NCBI GenBank assembly: GCA_951406725.2
Contig: OX597818.1
Location: forward strand, 88,164,001 to 88,228,000
Length of the DNA: 64,000 bases
Source of the DNA: Octopus vulgaris
Taxonomy: Eukaryota
Direction of reading: 5' to 3'
In this document: in pieces, positions 1 through 12,942 of the stretch
Layout of the letters: every line of letters begins with the position of its first letter
Numbering within the stretch: position 1 is the first letter of the stretch
Notes under the pieces: generated by a model
The model's database searches: none
Seen by the model: only the letters and a program-made list of their open reading frames with translations
What the model was told of the DNA's origin: nothing
Made by a program: the position numbers and the translations under genes

Positions 1-3000
1 TCTTCGCGTGCGTACGTACGTACACACACACACACACACACACACATATCTAAATATCGTGTTAGAGCCAGCAGTCACCTGCGATATTGATAACATGTCC
101 CATGCTTTCGCAAATTGTTTAGGTACCACTGTAGTCATGAGTAGACAGAGGCACTAGCTCGATTCTCCCACCCTTCTAGTCAGAAGTATATCCAGCTACA
201 CGAGAGAGAGAGGGAGAGAGAGAGAGTGGGGGGGGGAGAAAGATACTAACACTTGATTGCTGTTCATTTTCGGCTGTGCAAAGCGGAGTGGCGTGAAATG
301 ACCCAACATGCTGACCGGTCCAGGAATTGAACCTGCATTATGATCATTAACCGAATACCCTAACCACAACACCACAGACCTTCACTTTATATTCATTTTA
401 TTTTTCAGTAGAAGAGCTTCATTAAGTAACTCAAAGTGCAGTTGTTTCGTGGATTGCACTTATTACATTTTGTCAAGTGTAGCACACGAAACTTTCGACT
501 CCAGAGTCACAAATATAGCTTTATAGCAAAACAGCAAAGAATTAGGTAGTTTTGTTTCTCCAGTTTATACCATTAGACATATAATATACATAGATTATAC
601 GTATTTTAAATATGTACACGCTCATATATATATAATAATAACTATTCCAATAATAATAAATATTCCAAAATGAATTAGCCATTAGCGCTTCAATTAGTAA
701 ACCAAATTATATGCCAGAGGATCGAATCGAATAGCAATAAAGAAAAGACATTCTCCTCATTGTCACTAGATTCGAGAATTGTCCGTTATTTAATTGAGCA
801 ATTAATGAATTAATTATTTATAACCTTGTTACAAGGCCAGAATGTCGTGCAGTCATTTAAAATCAAATTCGACCTCGTTGGGATTTGAACTCCGCTAGTA
901 ATTTTTCTATCCGTCACTCTCCCGATTCTGCCAAATGCTACCCAATTAATTAATGCACACATAAATGAAAAGGATGGTTGCCAGGAGTCCTATAATTAAA
1001 ATTTATTTTCTATGCGCTGGTTTATTATTTTTTGATTAGGAGAGGCTGATTAAAGCTCATAAAATTATTTTAATAGCATGCTTTATTATTTTTTAAAATT
1101 CAATTATTCAACTGCATTCTAGAGTGATACTACTAATATTAATAACGTTTACTAGGAGAGTCATTTTTTTTTAATGAGAAGAGAAGCCATGCTGGTTAAA
1201 TTCTCTCTTTCTCTCTTTTCTTTTTTTCTTAGTAAAATGTTTCTTGCCTGAAAAGAAATTACAACGATTGATATGAGCTACCATCAACATGTCGAGGGCT
1301 TGGCACTTCAATTATTGGACACATTAACATCAACAACAACAACATCGAGAAGGACACTGGTACACGAATCGTCATATTTTGGCATGTACCACGTCTTCAA
1401 AAGGCTTATCTTCTCAAGAAAAAAATGCATGTAACCTAGAGTTCCTGAGGGACATCCTTAAGCATGTGGACTAATAGGAGAAAACAACTACATACACAAA
1501 AATGTTAAAGCTTTCCAATATGCAAGAGATAGCAGCCAAATCACCTTGACATTACATCATATCGTCTTGATCAAGAAGAGACGTGTTGGCTTATGTATTC
1601 TTATCACCATCACTACTAATGCTCCTAGCTCTACTATTATTAGCACCAACTACCGCCACGACCAATACTACTACAAACACCATCCCCATAGCGATTACTA
1701 TTACTACTACTACTACCACTTTTACTTCTACTACAAACACCATCTCCATCACTGCTACTACTACTACTACTACTCCCATCACCACCACCACCACTTGTAT
1801 GTGGTGTTAGTTGTGGTCATCAACTGGGCCTCACTACCAAGAATCCTACTAAATACCTTGTCTTCAACTTTGCTCCGTTCTGAAATTTCCTTCCTGGCTA
1901 CATTTGCTTTTCTCTATAGATATCGAATCGAAAGACGATATACAAAATGCTATTCTGAACCAGTATTGATTCCGTTGCTAATGACGAATTTTCACCCGAC
2001 CCACTAGCTACTTGTGATAGCAGTGGCTTGTTAATCACTTCTATCACTAGAAGCTAAATTTGTTTAAGCCTGTGGTTGCTGGTAGATGCTTGCTACTGAT
2101 GACGTCTAACAGCACAGAAATCCGGATTTAACAATTTCACCACCACTGTTGGACGCTTTTCGTCTGCTGCTGATGCACTTCAGCGGTTTTTAGCACTATG
2201 CGTCTATAGGAGAAGCTTTCTCAAGACGAATATTGCAGCTTTATGGCTTTACGTATTATATCCAGTATATGCACGTTAAGTAAGATATAGAGAATGCTAT
2301 GTTGAATCAAAGCTGCTTCGGTAGCTAACAACAAATGGATGAATGAATGAATGAATGAATTTATGTATGTATGTATATATATATATGTATTCATGAACGA
2401 ACGAAAGTCCATTTCAGATCATTTCTTTCGCAAGACGTGTTTAGAAGAAAGGACAAAAGATGGAATACCAAATTGACAGAGTGAACACCACGTTCAGAAA
2501 AGAAAAAGAGGGAGAGATCATGCATAAGTTGGAATGAAAAGTATGTTAATTTCATGGGCACCCAAACATGGATGAGGAAGTCAACAGATCGTGGTTGCTG
2601 GAGAGAACATACCGAGCCATTTGTCCAGCAGTAAACTAAACATATCCACGGATGAGGATATGAACGAAACTGTATGATGACGGAAAAGAGGGAACTCAAT
2701 AAAAGTAGTTATTTATCGATCTACCGATGATCAGGAACTCTGAGTAACAATTTAGAAAACAATCAGCTGCCAACATCTCTCTATCTATTTATCTATCTAT
2801 TCCCGTACAAACCTAAACGCACATATACCTATATGTGCTAGATACATATATATCTAGCGCTAAAACTGCAATGACTCTAGATAAAAAATACGCCGACGAA
2901 AAGGGTTTGTCCATGTCTATTTGTGGTCCTTTTCCCTAATTGTTGTACAAGCCTTTCACAAAACACACACACACGGATGAAAGTTCGGAATATGTATGAG

Positions 3001-3089
3001 TGTGCGTGTGTTTATGTATTGTAGCTATAAAATTTTTCATATTTCTCAGCCTTTGTTTCTGTGTATGTGAGAAAATATATATAAACACA

Positions 3090-3472
3090 GGCGCAGACGC
3101 AGCTGTGTGGTAAGAAGCTTGCTTCTCAACCACATGATTCTCGGTTCAGTCCCACTGCGTGGTACCTTCGACAAAGTGTCTTCTACTATAGCCTCAGGCC
3201 GACCAAAGTCTTGTGAATCGATTTGGTGGACGGAAACTGAAGAAAGCCCGTTATGTATATATATATGGTTATGTGTATCTGTGTTTGTCTCCCGTACCAT
3301 CGCTTGACAACCGATGCTAGGGTGTCTATGTTCCCATAAATTAGCGGTTCGGCAAAAGAGGCCGGTAGAATAAGTTCTAGGCTTACGAAATCCTAGGGTC
3401 GAGTTCTTTGACTGAAAAACCGTAATGGCAGTGCTTCTGCATGGCCGCAGTTAAATGACTAAAACAATAAAA
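3090..3472 (+). mobile_element. tRNA-derived SINE family A
   Basis: Head GCTGTGTGGTAAG..GGTTCAGTCCC, body GTGTCTTCTACTATAGCC..GGAAACTGAA, central (TA)(TG) tract, tail GCATGGCCGCAGT..AAACAA. Confidence 0.9.
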
Positions 3473-3475
3473 CAC

Positions 3476-3527
<52 letters not shown>

Positions 3528-3585
3528 TCTATCAGTAGATATATGAATATATTGACTGTGATTATAAAATTAATAAGCTTACATC

Positions 3586-3639
<54 letters not shown>

Positions 3640-3826
3640 GCGTGGTGCTCAACCTTTGTTTCTCTTTTCTTTCAACCTGTGTGTGTTTGTGTGTGTATAC
3701 GTGCGTTAGTTGGGAATAAAATAATTGTTGTAATAGCAAGCAAAACCTTATCCTTCACATCTATTGTTTGGCGCTGAGAAATATTTAAAGGGCTTGAGTA
3801 TAGATAGGGGTGGCAATGCTGAAGTG

Positions 3827-3862
<36 letters not shown>

Positions 3863-4195
3863 GTGTGTGTGTGTGTGTGTAGGAGTTAATACAGGTAAAT
3901 ATACCCACCAAATATGGGGTGGGTAAAACAGACAAAGAAAAGTACCGAGAAAAGAGATGATGAAAGTAAAAGGTAGGTTTGAAGGGAGGGGCACACAGAG
4001 AGAAAGGGGGACGGAAGGGAGACAAAGGGGAGAAGGTGAAAAGGTATTTTACACTATCCCCACCTCCTGCTCTCACGAAATCTGTGGCCAACCTGGCGTG
4101 TGTTAAAAAAATCATTTATACTTATTATGTTTGGTTTTATACAGGTGTCAAACAACCCAGAAGGGCAGGTAGATATTACCTGTAAAACGAGAGGG

Positions 4196-4233
<38 letters not shown>

Positions 4234-5377
4234 GGAGGGAGAGGGGTTGGGGAGTGGGGGTGAGAGTGTGAGTGAAAGAGCGGGAGGGTTAGCAATGAAA
4301 GAACGGTTTTGATTTCTTTCTTATTCAGAGTTGAGAAGACGAAACAAAAGCATTCGAGAAAGGTTGAGAGAAACTGGTGTGTGTGTGAGATAGATATATT
4401 GAGAGAGAGAGAGAGAGAGAGAGCTGCAACAGCAGTTGCCGTTGTTGTTGTTATTATTATTGCTCGTTAACATTGGGAAAGTACGACCTTATTATATGAA
4501 GGGGATATGTCGCATGTCTGGGTCTGGATTTACCGCCATGCAGTGAAACAGGTCTTGTCAGAAAAATAATAAAATTTATAAAACAAAGAAAAAAATAATA
4601 AATAAATATAAGAAAATAACAAAAAACGAAATTCTTCCCGAGGGAAGTACGCAAAATTTGCAACAACAATAAACAAATAAAGAAAGAATGCAATTTGCAT
4701 TAGAATAAAAATACAAACAACGTGAATATACAAATGGATGAAATAACAATAAAAAATGTTAAAAACAAAATATAACAAGAACACAAAAAAAAATCAACCC
4801 AGAAAAACAAATAGAACAGAATCTGACTGATTTTGGGGCGCGAAATTAGTTGTTTGACTACCATAGGAAAGAATTAATTAATTTTGGGACGAATTAATTA
4901 ATTTTGAGGCGTCTGTGAGGGGCCAAGTGTCGCCAACTCGAATCAGTTTTCAGGTATGTTGAAGAGCAACACATTTACGTAGTGAATAAGGATAAAAGGT
5001 AGTAAATCACTTGGCCGATATTTTAAGTACTAGTTCGAATCTTGCTCGAGGCAATGGTAATATTTTCTTCCTTTTTTTTTCTTCTTGGCGGGTTATTGTC
5101 ATTATTTTTGGTTTTATTTTGTATATGTTTGGCATTATTTGGTTTATTTGGAATATTTTCAGAACAGTCTCAAGCCTCCAGTTGTTACACATACACATAC
5201 ACACACACTAATCAATGGAACACATCTGTGTACGTGGTTATAAGAAATGATACTCGGAATTTTTCAATAAGGTAAAATATGATTTAGTGAAAGGTATGAG
5301 AGCTGCTTCACGGTTTTTCACGTTCCTCAATATCAGGCGACTAGCGTTAGGGGAAGAAGAAGAAGAAAGAAAAATAT

Positions 5378-5731
5378 TATTTCCTACTGTAGGTACAAAG
5401 CCCCAGATTTTGAGGGAGGGGTCCAATCGATAAGATCGACCCCAGTACACAACTGATACTTAATTTATCGACCCCGAGACGATGAAAGGCAAAGTCGACC
5501 TTTTATCTTTACTACCCACAAGGGGCTAAACACAGAGGGGACAAACAAGGACAGAAAAACGGCTTAAGTCGATCACATCGACCCCAGTGCGTAACTGGTT
5601 CTTAATTTATCGACCCCGAAAGGATGAAAGGCAAAGTCGACCTCGGCGGAATTTGAACTCAGAACGCAACGGCAGACGAAATACCGCGAAGCATTTCGCC
5701 CGGCGTATTAACGTTTCTGCCAGCTCGCCGC
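5378..5731 (-). mobile_element. SINE family B (two joined copies)
   Basis: Reverse complement of GGCGAGCTGGCAGAA..GAGTTCAAATTCCGCCGAGGTCGACTTTGCCTTTCATCCTTTCGGGGTCGATAAATTAAG.. Confidence 0.88.
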
Positions 5732-7429
5732 TCTGAAAGCAGAAAAATAAAGTAACATCGCCAACGAGATCTGAACGCCGCGTCTGCTGCAAATTGTACA
5801 ACTCGACTAACTATTACACCACAGTAACATCAAAACTTCTGATTACCTAACTTAAAAGACCTAAATTAAATAGCTACAAACGTATTCTAATCAGCTGTCA
5901 CAGGGCATCTCAGTCCACACAGTAGTCAAAGCATACATTATTATATTTTCAAACAAAACTGAGCTAATAGAAGTAACACAGAGTGGCCAGAGGCATGAAC
6001 AACAGAGACATATACAGATATATCAAATACAGAACAACGTAAACAGATGATTCATTAAAATCATCTCCACGTCTAGATATTGTATCATAATAACCAAATG
6101 ACTCATGCTCTACAAATAGAGACAATTTCTTTTTTCTATTTACTATAGGCACAGTGGTGTGGTAATAACTCCCACTCATCGGGGCCCCAGGATAGTGGAA
6201 TGGCTTCTATATATACAGAGTGGTTACGAATACTCAATAAGCAGTCTTGGACGCGAAATTTTTTCCCCACGAGAGTTCCGGACCCCAGTTATGAACTCAT
6301 TTGCATACAGCCAATCACATCTCAACTATCAAACTAATTTATGAGCGCATAACAAGTGATGGGCGATAACATAAGGGCACTTGGGTAAGGAATGACCATT
6401 CTTCTTTTCTCTTAAGAATGCTTATATTTCTTGTTCTTGTTTCAACCATGGCTGCCTCCGCGTATTTATTTTTTGTTGTTGTATACTTAGTAAAGCAATA
6501 AGGGTTGCTAGAACATCACCATCTACCCACATTTTTCCCATCCATATCTTTACCATATGGGGCCCTAACAAAATCCGATAATAGGTAGAGATCTAATTAC
6601 TTGTCTCCTAAAATCAGTACGAAATAATATTGAGCGTACCTTTTTCCTTGAACAACATCGGTGTTGTGGAGCGGGGCAACTTGCTTCCAGGGGCAATTGG
6701 TGGTTTTCCATATAGAACCTTGCCTAATCCTGCGTTTTGGAGTGGAAATTTCCAAGTGTTGATAATCGGACCATCTATAACAAAGAACAAAACGTCATTG
6801 GAATGTTTACTAAAACGTTATAACACAAATACAAACAAACTTATATTTAGAGAGAGAAGGGGAGGAGAGAGAGAGAGAGAGAGCACTCATTGGCTTGTGT
6901 GTGTGTGTGTCGTTTCCTTAGGCCTGTCTTATTTGGTGCGGTCTTAACATCATCTAAAGAAATATAGATGGTGTTTTATTTACGTGTCAGTACTCAGTAC
7001 AGTGTGTATGTATGTGTGTCAGAAAGAGAGCAATGAAGAGAGAGAGAGTGTGTGTGTGTATGTGTGTGTGTAAACAGGAGATTGGAAATTTTTTACATGT
7101 GTTTCATTTGCTACGCAAAACATCTATTACAAATTCCTCAGGTAGAGAATGAAATATTTTTCAGTATTTTCAACTCTTATGCACTCTCACAAATATATAA
7201 CATCAACATACGGATTTGGAATACTGAAATAAGCAGATATGCTTCAAAAGGACACAGCCGGAATCTTAACCCTATCTGCGTAACGTATGTATGAGAGGTA
7301 ATAAATTATTGTAACAGAGTATCCAATCTCCCCAGTAGTCCTAGTCTACATCTTAGTTATTCGTTTTCCATACTGATATAATTTCTTCGAACCATATGGT
7401 CATTGTTATCAATATTACTCTACTTGGCA

Positions 7430-7610
7430 TTCGTTATTTGCAGGTGTAGAGGCCATTCTCGTGTGGAGAGCATTTTGCTGCTTCCATTCACTTCTCGTTG
7501 TAGTGTCTTCTCCTCGGAGACTAAACTCGCGCCAGATGGACTTCTAATTCGATCGTGTCTCCTCGCCCCTCGTAATTCCTCCTCCGCACATATATTTTTT
7601 TCCTGCAGTT
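7430..7610 (-). pseudogene. Possible RTE LINE ORF C-terminal remnant
   Basis: Minus translation RGEETRSN*KSIWREFSLRGEDTTTRSEWK loosely resembles RTE C-termini. Confidence 0.35.
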
Positions 7611-7884
7611 GTAGACTTACACCCAGAGGAAACGTTCATAACATCCAATATCACTGACCTCGTATAAAAAACAAAATTCATGCGTATAGTTTCTTCTACC
7701 GATCAAAATAATACCAATAAAACGACGACACCAAAACTTCTTTGTGTGATCGATATCTGAATACCAGTTATAACCTGATATCGCTCTAGTCAACACCACC
7801 CCCAAGGATACCCCACAATTTATGGCTGTGCTCAATGATAAAATCTTAGTACCAGTTATATCCTTGAATCGCTGCAGTCAAACA

Positions 7885-8131
7885 CATCTTTGTTGTTAAC
7901 ACAACGTTTCGGCTGATATACCCTCCAGCCTTCTTCAGGGAAATTTTGAACTTGGGTTCTCATTCCTAAGGAATATTATGAGAACCCAGGTTCGAAATTT
8001 CCCCAAGACACCTGAAGAAGGCTGGAGGGTATATCAGCCGAAACGTTGTGTTAACAACAAACAAGATGGGGGTAAATATCCGTCGAATGTAAATAATGTA
8101 CATAATTCCTCATCTCTTAAATATAGAACTG
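7885..8131. mobile_element. Hammerhead-bearing short element (family H1), head-to-head inverted pair
   Basis: 7885-7972 is the reverse complement of part of 7978-8067. The same sequence recurs at 9597-9972 and 13580-13867. The 3' end ...CATCTCTTAAATATAGAACTG is shared with 13580. Confidence 0.85.
8007..8052 (+). ncRNA. Minimal type I hammerhead ribozyme motif (intact)
   Basis: GACAC-CTGAAGA-A-GGCTG-gagggtatat-CAGCC-GAAA-CG-TT-GTGTT. Stem I GACAC/GTGTT, core CUGANGA and GAAA, stem II GGCUG/CAGCC, palindromic ACGU helix III. Predicted cleavage after GUU (8047). Confidence 0.85.
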
Positions 8132-9633
8132 CACATCCAAGGGGTAACCCACAATTACTGACCTTGTTAAATCATTAATAGGAGCTGGCACACTTGTTAG
8201 CGCACCGGACTCTACAGATTCTTTGCGTTCTGAGTTCAAATCCCACCCAGGTCAACCTGGTCTTTTGTCCTTTCGAGGTCAATAAAATAGTCCTCGAGTA
8301 CTGGGATCGATATAATCAAGTTAACCATCCCTCCTAAAAATTGCTAGTTTAGTGCCAAAATTTCAAATAAATTTGTTCTTTTTTGAACCATTGAAATGTT
8401 ACCAACAACGTCCATTCGTTGTAATTGCTTGTTCCGGGTTAACTCTATGCAGATCTATTATGAAAGGAATTCCAGCTGTGACCATCCCACCTTGGTATGC
8501 GTATCTACGACTATATCATTTAATATATCCTTCCCTTTTTAGGACAGTACCTTGGGATTATCTACAGGAGACTTAGCTGTTATTTACAGGAAGTCGAGTT
8601 ACCGAAGTAGATTTTTATCTCATGCATTCGTTCTGAGATTATATGGTGCTCTATAATCCAAGACAATAGGCCTCACGTACAATGACTGTTTAGTATGTAG
8701 ATTAAAGCGAGCTTAATGCAACAGCATTTCAGACGAAAGAATTCGCCATTAATGCGAGAGGAAATTCATACGCTGTGAATAGTACACACGGAATACGTAT
8801 AGTAACTTATAAGACACCGGGCAGATACTAATCACCATTATACTCTTCCACCTAAATGTAGCTGGAGTAAGGCACTGAGGGTGCCTGTACGCGATCATTC
8901 GAACTACTAGAAAGATCAGCTAAATATCCCTCATATTACTTATCGCTTTTATATTCAGATTACTCTTTCAAATGTAACGGTGATTTTATCTTGTATCTTT
9001 TATTATTTATCTATTTCAGTCATTAAACTGCGGCCATACTGGGGTCACGCCTTCAAGAATTTTAGTCGAAAAAATCGACTCCAATATTTTTCTCGGTCTC
9101 TTTTGCCAAACCACTAGTTTACGGGGATGTAAACACACCAACAACGGTTGTCGAGTGGTGGTGAGGGACAAACAGAGACATAAAGATGAACATAGTTATA
9201 TACATATACGAGAACCTTCTTTCAGTTTCCGTCAACAAATCCACTTACAAGGCTTTAGTCGGCCCGAGGCTATAGAACAAAACACTTTGCCCAAGGTGGA
9301 ACGCAGCTTCTTATCACACAACTCTCATATTTTCGAGATTTCGATGATATGGTTGTTTATTTTCAGAATGACATTGTCGGGCAGGTGTAAGAGGCCGAAG
9401 CTAGCTTACTTGAATATAAAACAGGTAGAATATTTGGACTAGGTATAAAAGTTAGGCAAATATACGTTTACGAGTCATGCCGACTTACAGGGCCGGCTTA
9501 CATAGTGTATAAATTCCCTACCTGGATGGGACGCCGGTCTGTCGCAGGGTTACTCAGTTTTGCCAGCTGAATGGACTGGAGTAACGTGAAATGAAGTACA
9601 TTATTTACATTTATCCTCATCTTGTTTGTTGTT

Positions 9634-9679
9634 AACACAACGTTTCGGTTGATATACCCTCCAGCCTTCATCAGGTGTC
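9634..9679 (-). ncRNA. Minimal type I hammerhead motif
   Basis: Minus strand GACAC-CTGATGA-A-GGCTG...CAACC-GAAA-CG-TT-GTGTT: canonical core with one mismatch in stem II. Confidence 0.8.
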
Positions 9680-9726
9680 TTGGGGAATTTTCGAACCTGC
9701 GTTCTCATTCCTAAGGTATTTTTCGA

Positions 9727-9760
<34 letters not shown>

Positions 9761-9764
<4 letters not shown>

Positions 9765-9829
9765 TCACTGCCTGGAATCGAACTCGGAATCTTGGAGTTA
9801 GTAGCTCGCGCTCTTAACCACTATGCCAT
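9761..9829 (-). promoter_or_regulatory. tRNA-derived Pol III internal promoter (A and B boxes) of family H1
   Basis: Minus strand ATGGCATAGTGGTTAAGAGCGCGAGCTACTAACTCCAAGATTCCGAGTTCGATTCC: A box TGGCATAGTGG, anticodon-like loop CTACTAA, B box GAGTTCGATTCC at tRNA spacing. Confidence 0.75.
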
Positions 9830-9913
9830 CTTCAGATTCCAGGCAGTGATCTGAATAATAATAACATCGAAAAATACCTTAGAAATGAGAAGCCAGGTTC
9901 AAAATTTCCCCAA

Positions 9914-9959
9914 GACACCTGATGAAGGCTGGGGAGTAAATCAGACGAAACATTGTGTT
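9914..9959 (+). ncRNA. Degenerate hammerhead motif (H1)
   Basis: GACAC-CTGATGA-AGGCTG...CAGAC-GAAA-CA-TT-GTGTT: stem II mismatch and loss of the ACGU palindrome. Confidence 0.65.
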
Positions 9960-10190
9960 AACAACAAACAACAGTGTACCCTCGGTATAATTTTTCCCTA
10001 TGCTTTTACTTCAAGTGTGCCGCCGAATTTTGAAAAGAATATAAGTGTACCGCAAGTGAAAGAAGGTCTGCAGGGCATTTCTATATATAAGAAAAAGACA
10101 GGGTTGTTATGGCCGGAATGCTTTCAAACACAAGTCTGCTCGAACAAGGCTGACATGGGATAAGTAACTATATCAGAAACAAATTCTGAA

Positions 10191-10595
10191 CAGGAGTGGC
10201 TGTGTGGCAAGTAGCTTGCTTACCAACCACATGGTTCCGGGTTCAGTCCCACTGCGTGGCACCTTGGTCAACTCTCTTCTACTATAGCCTCGGGCTGACC
10301 AAAGCTTTGTGAGTGGATTTGGTAGACGGAAACTGAAAGAAGCCCGTCGTATATATATATATTTGTATATGTGTGTGTGTGTGTGTTTGTCCCCCCCCCC
10401 CGCCCCCAACATCGCTTGACAACCGATACTGATGTGTTTGCGTCCCCGTAACTTAGCGGTTCGGCAAAAGAGACCGATAGAAATAAGTACTTGGCTTACA
10501 AAGAATAAGTCCTGGGCTAGATTTGCTCGACTAAAGTCGGTGCTCCAGTATGGCCGCAGTCAAATGACTGAAGCAAGTAAAAGAGTAAAAAGAGT
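10191..10595 (+). mobile_element. SINE family A, near full length
   Basis: Near-identical to 12529-12942 and 41612-42008, with a (GTAAAAGA)n tail. Confidence 0.92.
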
Positions 10596-11169
10596 ATATA
10601 TACGTATTTATAGCATGGTTCTGATGCTGCTAAAAATAGGTTTTGGAATGAAAAGGTCGGGATGGTCACGGCAAGAACGCCTCTGTTCGTTGGCTCTTTC
10701 CATCAGTGCTGACTTGAAGAAGAGAGTTATCATATATACTGACTGGTCTCTTAGAGTCTGTGACCAGGTGAACTTATAGACTTCAATCAAGAATGACGAG
10801 TTACGTGGTAAGTGACGTAAAAGTTGACTGCTACATTACTTCAGAACTCATCTATACAATCACACACACATCTATACAATCACACACGTGCTTGTGGATG
10901 TATGCATATATCTATAATTATGTGTATATGTATGTGTGTATATGTATGTCTATATATATATATATATATACACACATATATATATATATATATACACACA
11001 CGCACTTACATGCAAGCATATATGTGTATAAATATGTACATATATGAATGGATATGTACATGTGTATGTGTTTGTGCGTGTGTGTAGATATGTATGTACA
11101 CATGTCGGTATTGAATATATGTGTATTTATATATTTGTGTACGTTTCTGTAAAATGTACTGAATATACT

Positions 11170-11201
<32 letters not shown>

Positions 11202-11273
11202 GATATATATATATATATATATATTTACATGCACACATATGTTTATAAACATACATACACGCACACATGTATG

Positions 11274-11341
<68 letters not shown>

Positions 11342-12528
11342 TGCGTGTATGTATGTTTATATACTTACGTGTGTGTATATGCATATATGTATATATGTGT
11401 GTGGGCGTGTGTGTATTGAATATATGTATGTATATGTGTACATGGGTGTATATTTCGTGTTTATATGAAGGAACGATGAACTATTTAATGTAATTTGCTT
11501 CAGCTTAAATTCATCCTGAATCTTAGTAGAAGCATTGACTTTAAATACTATAATACCGGAAGTAAGTTAACTCCATAGAAAAACAAACATACACATAAAT
11601 ATAAAATATAAAAAAAAAACTGCAAAAACCAACCAACAAACAAACATAGGAATACTTTTACATTTTCAAGACAACACGGTCGTGACAATGAAGGCAAGGT
11701 GTTTGTTAAGTAACGATGGTAGAACTCGGGACAAAAGCATAGCCGTCAGAGATGGGAATATCGAATATAGTTTAGAGCTAATCAAAGATTAAGAGACGTA
11801 TGGGGAATTCTAAAGAAACCAACTTTATTTCCGATCGGAAATAAGAGACAAAAATTTGGTGTCACTCGATTTCAACGGAATTCGAAAGTATTTAGATAAA
11901 TACAATCTCCTTTCTGCCGAATCTGTTCTGTGTATTCTGTCTGTCGGTCGGTCAGTTTCTCGGTTTGTTAAACGGTCTAAGTCAATGTTTTCTTGCCTCT
12001 TCTCTCTATCATCGCTTTTATTTTTATATTTGTATGTTATACATACTACACAATGTACCTCTATATATGTGTGTATGTATGTATGTGTGTATATATATAT
12101 ATGTCTGTCTGTCTGTCTATAAATACAAATAGGTGTGTGCTTATACGCGTGCATCTATGAGTATTTCTAAGATACAAACGGCCTTTGAGACTAAGCCCTT
12201 GTGTATGCGTGTGCGTGCGCACGCATAAACATACACACGCACATGCTAAGAAGAATGATATGAGACGAGATGAAATTGTGCGACTGTAAAATTTACACGT
12301 AGATGCAGGCAACACTTCGAAGTTAAATCGCAGCTGTTGATGTTTCAGTTTGAACTCCTGTCAAATGATTTACTACTTGTAGAGAAAACGTATGATGGAA
12401 AGATAGTCGAAGAGGGTTCTTGTTCTCTGAGGAAACACTGGAATGATTGATGATTAATGTACTTCTTGTAAGTCTATGATGCGGGGATGATGGCGAAAAT
12501 GGTGATTGAAATATCATTAGCAAATCTA

Positions 12529-12690
12529 GGCGCAGGAGTGGCTGTGTGGTAAGTAGCTTGCTTACTAACCACATGGTTCCGGGTTCAGTCCCACTGCGTG
12601 GCACCTTGGGCAAGTGTCTTCTACTATAGCTTCGGGCCGACCAAAGCCTTGTGAGTGGATTTGGTAGACGGAAACTGAAAGAAGCCTGTC

Positions 12691-12725
<35 letters not shown>

Positions 12726-12942
12726 TGTATGTGTGTGTGTCTGTGTTTGTCCCCCTAGCATTGCTTGACAACCGATGCTGGTGTGTATACGTCCCCGTCA
12801 CTTAGCAGTTCGGCAAAAGAGACCGATAGAATAAGTACTGGGCTTACAAAGAATAAGTCCCGGGGTCGATTTGCTCGACTAAATGCGGTGCTCCAGCATG
12901 GCTGCAGTCAAATGACTGAAACAAGTTAAAGAGTAAAGAGTA
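12529..12942 (+). mobile_element. SINE family A, full length
   Basis: GGCGCAGGAGTGGCTGTGTGG start. Further partial or decayed copies lie at about 9000-9310(-), 14282-14735, 17262-17700, 28912-29160(-), 36955-37140(-), 38085-38385(-), 42243-43005, 45722-46030, 46915-47270(-), 51380-52075, 53220-53580, 60975-61200(-) and 61690-61845(-). Confidence 0.92.

Larger units (their letters stand above)
9597..9972. mobile_element. Family H1 inverted pair; the minus-strand copy includes a tRNA-like head
   Basis: Minus copy 9829->9597 has a tRNA-like head, an (AAT)n spacer, the hammerhead and a tail. The plus copy 9831-9972 is 5'-truncated at the B box. The pair abuts a truncated family-D SINE. Confidence 0.85.

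Noticed and set aside
1546-2007. ORFs of 153 and 75 aa rich in Tyr/His/Thr, with a signal-peptide-like start
   Set aside because: Translation of degenerate (CTA/CCA)n repeats with non-ATG starts and no domain.
7898-7940. Left H1 hammerhead as a functional ribozyme
   Set aside because: The 5' strand of stem I (GACAC) is deleted in this copy.
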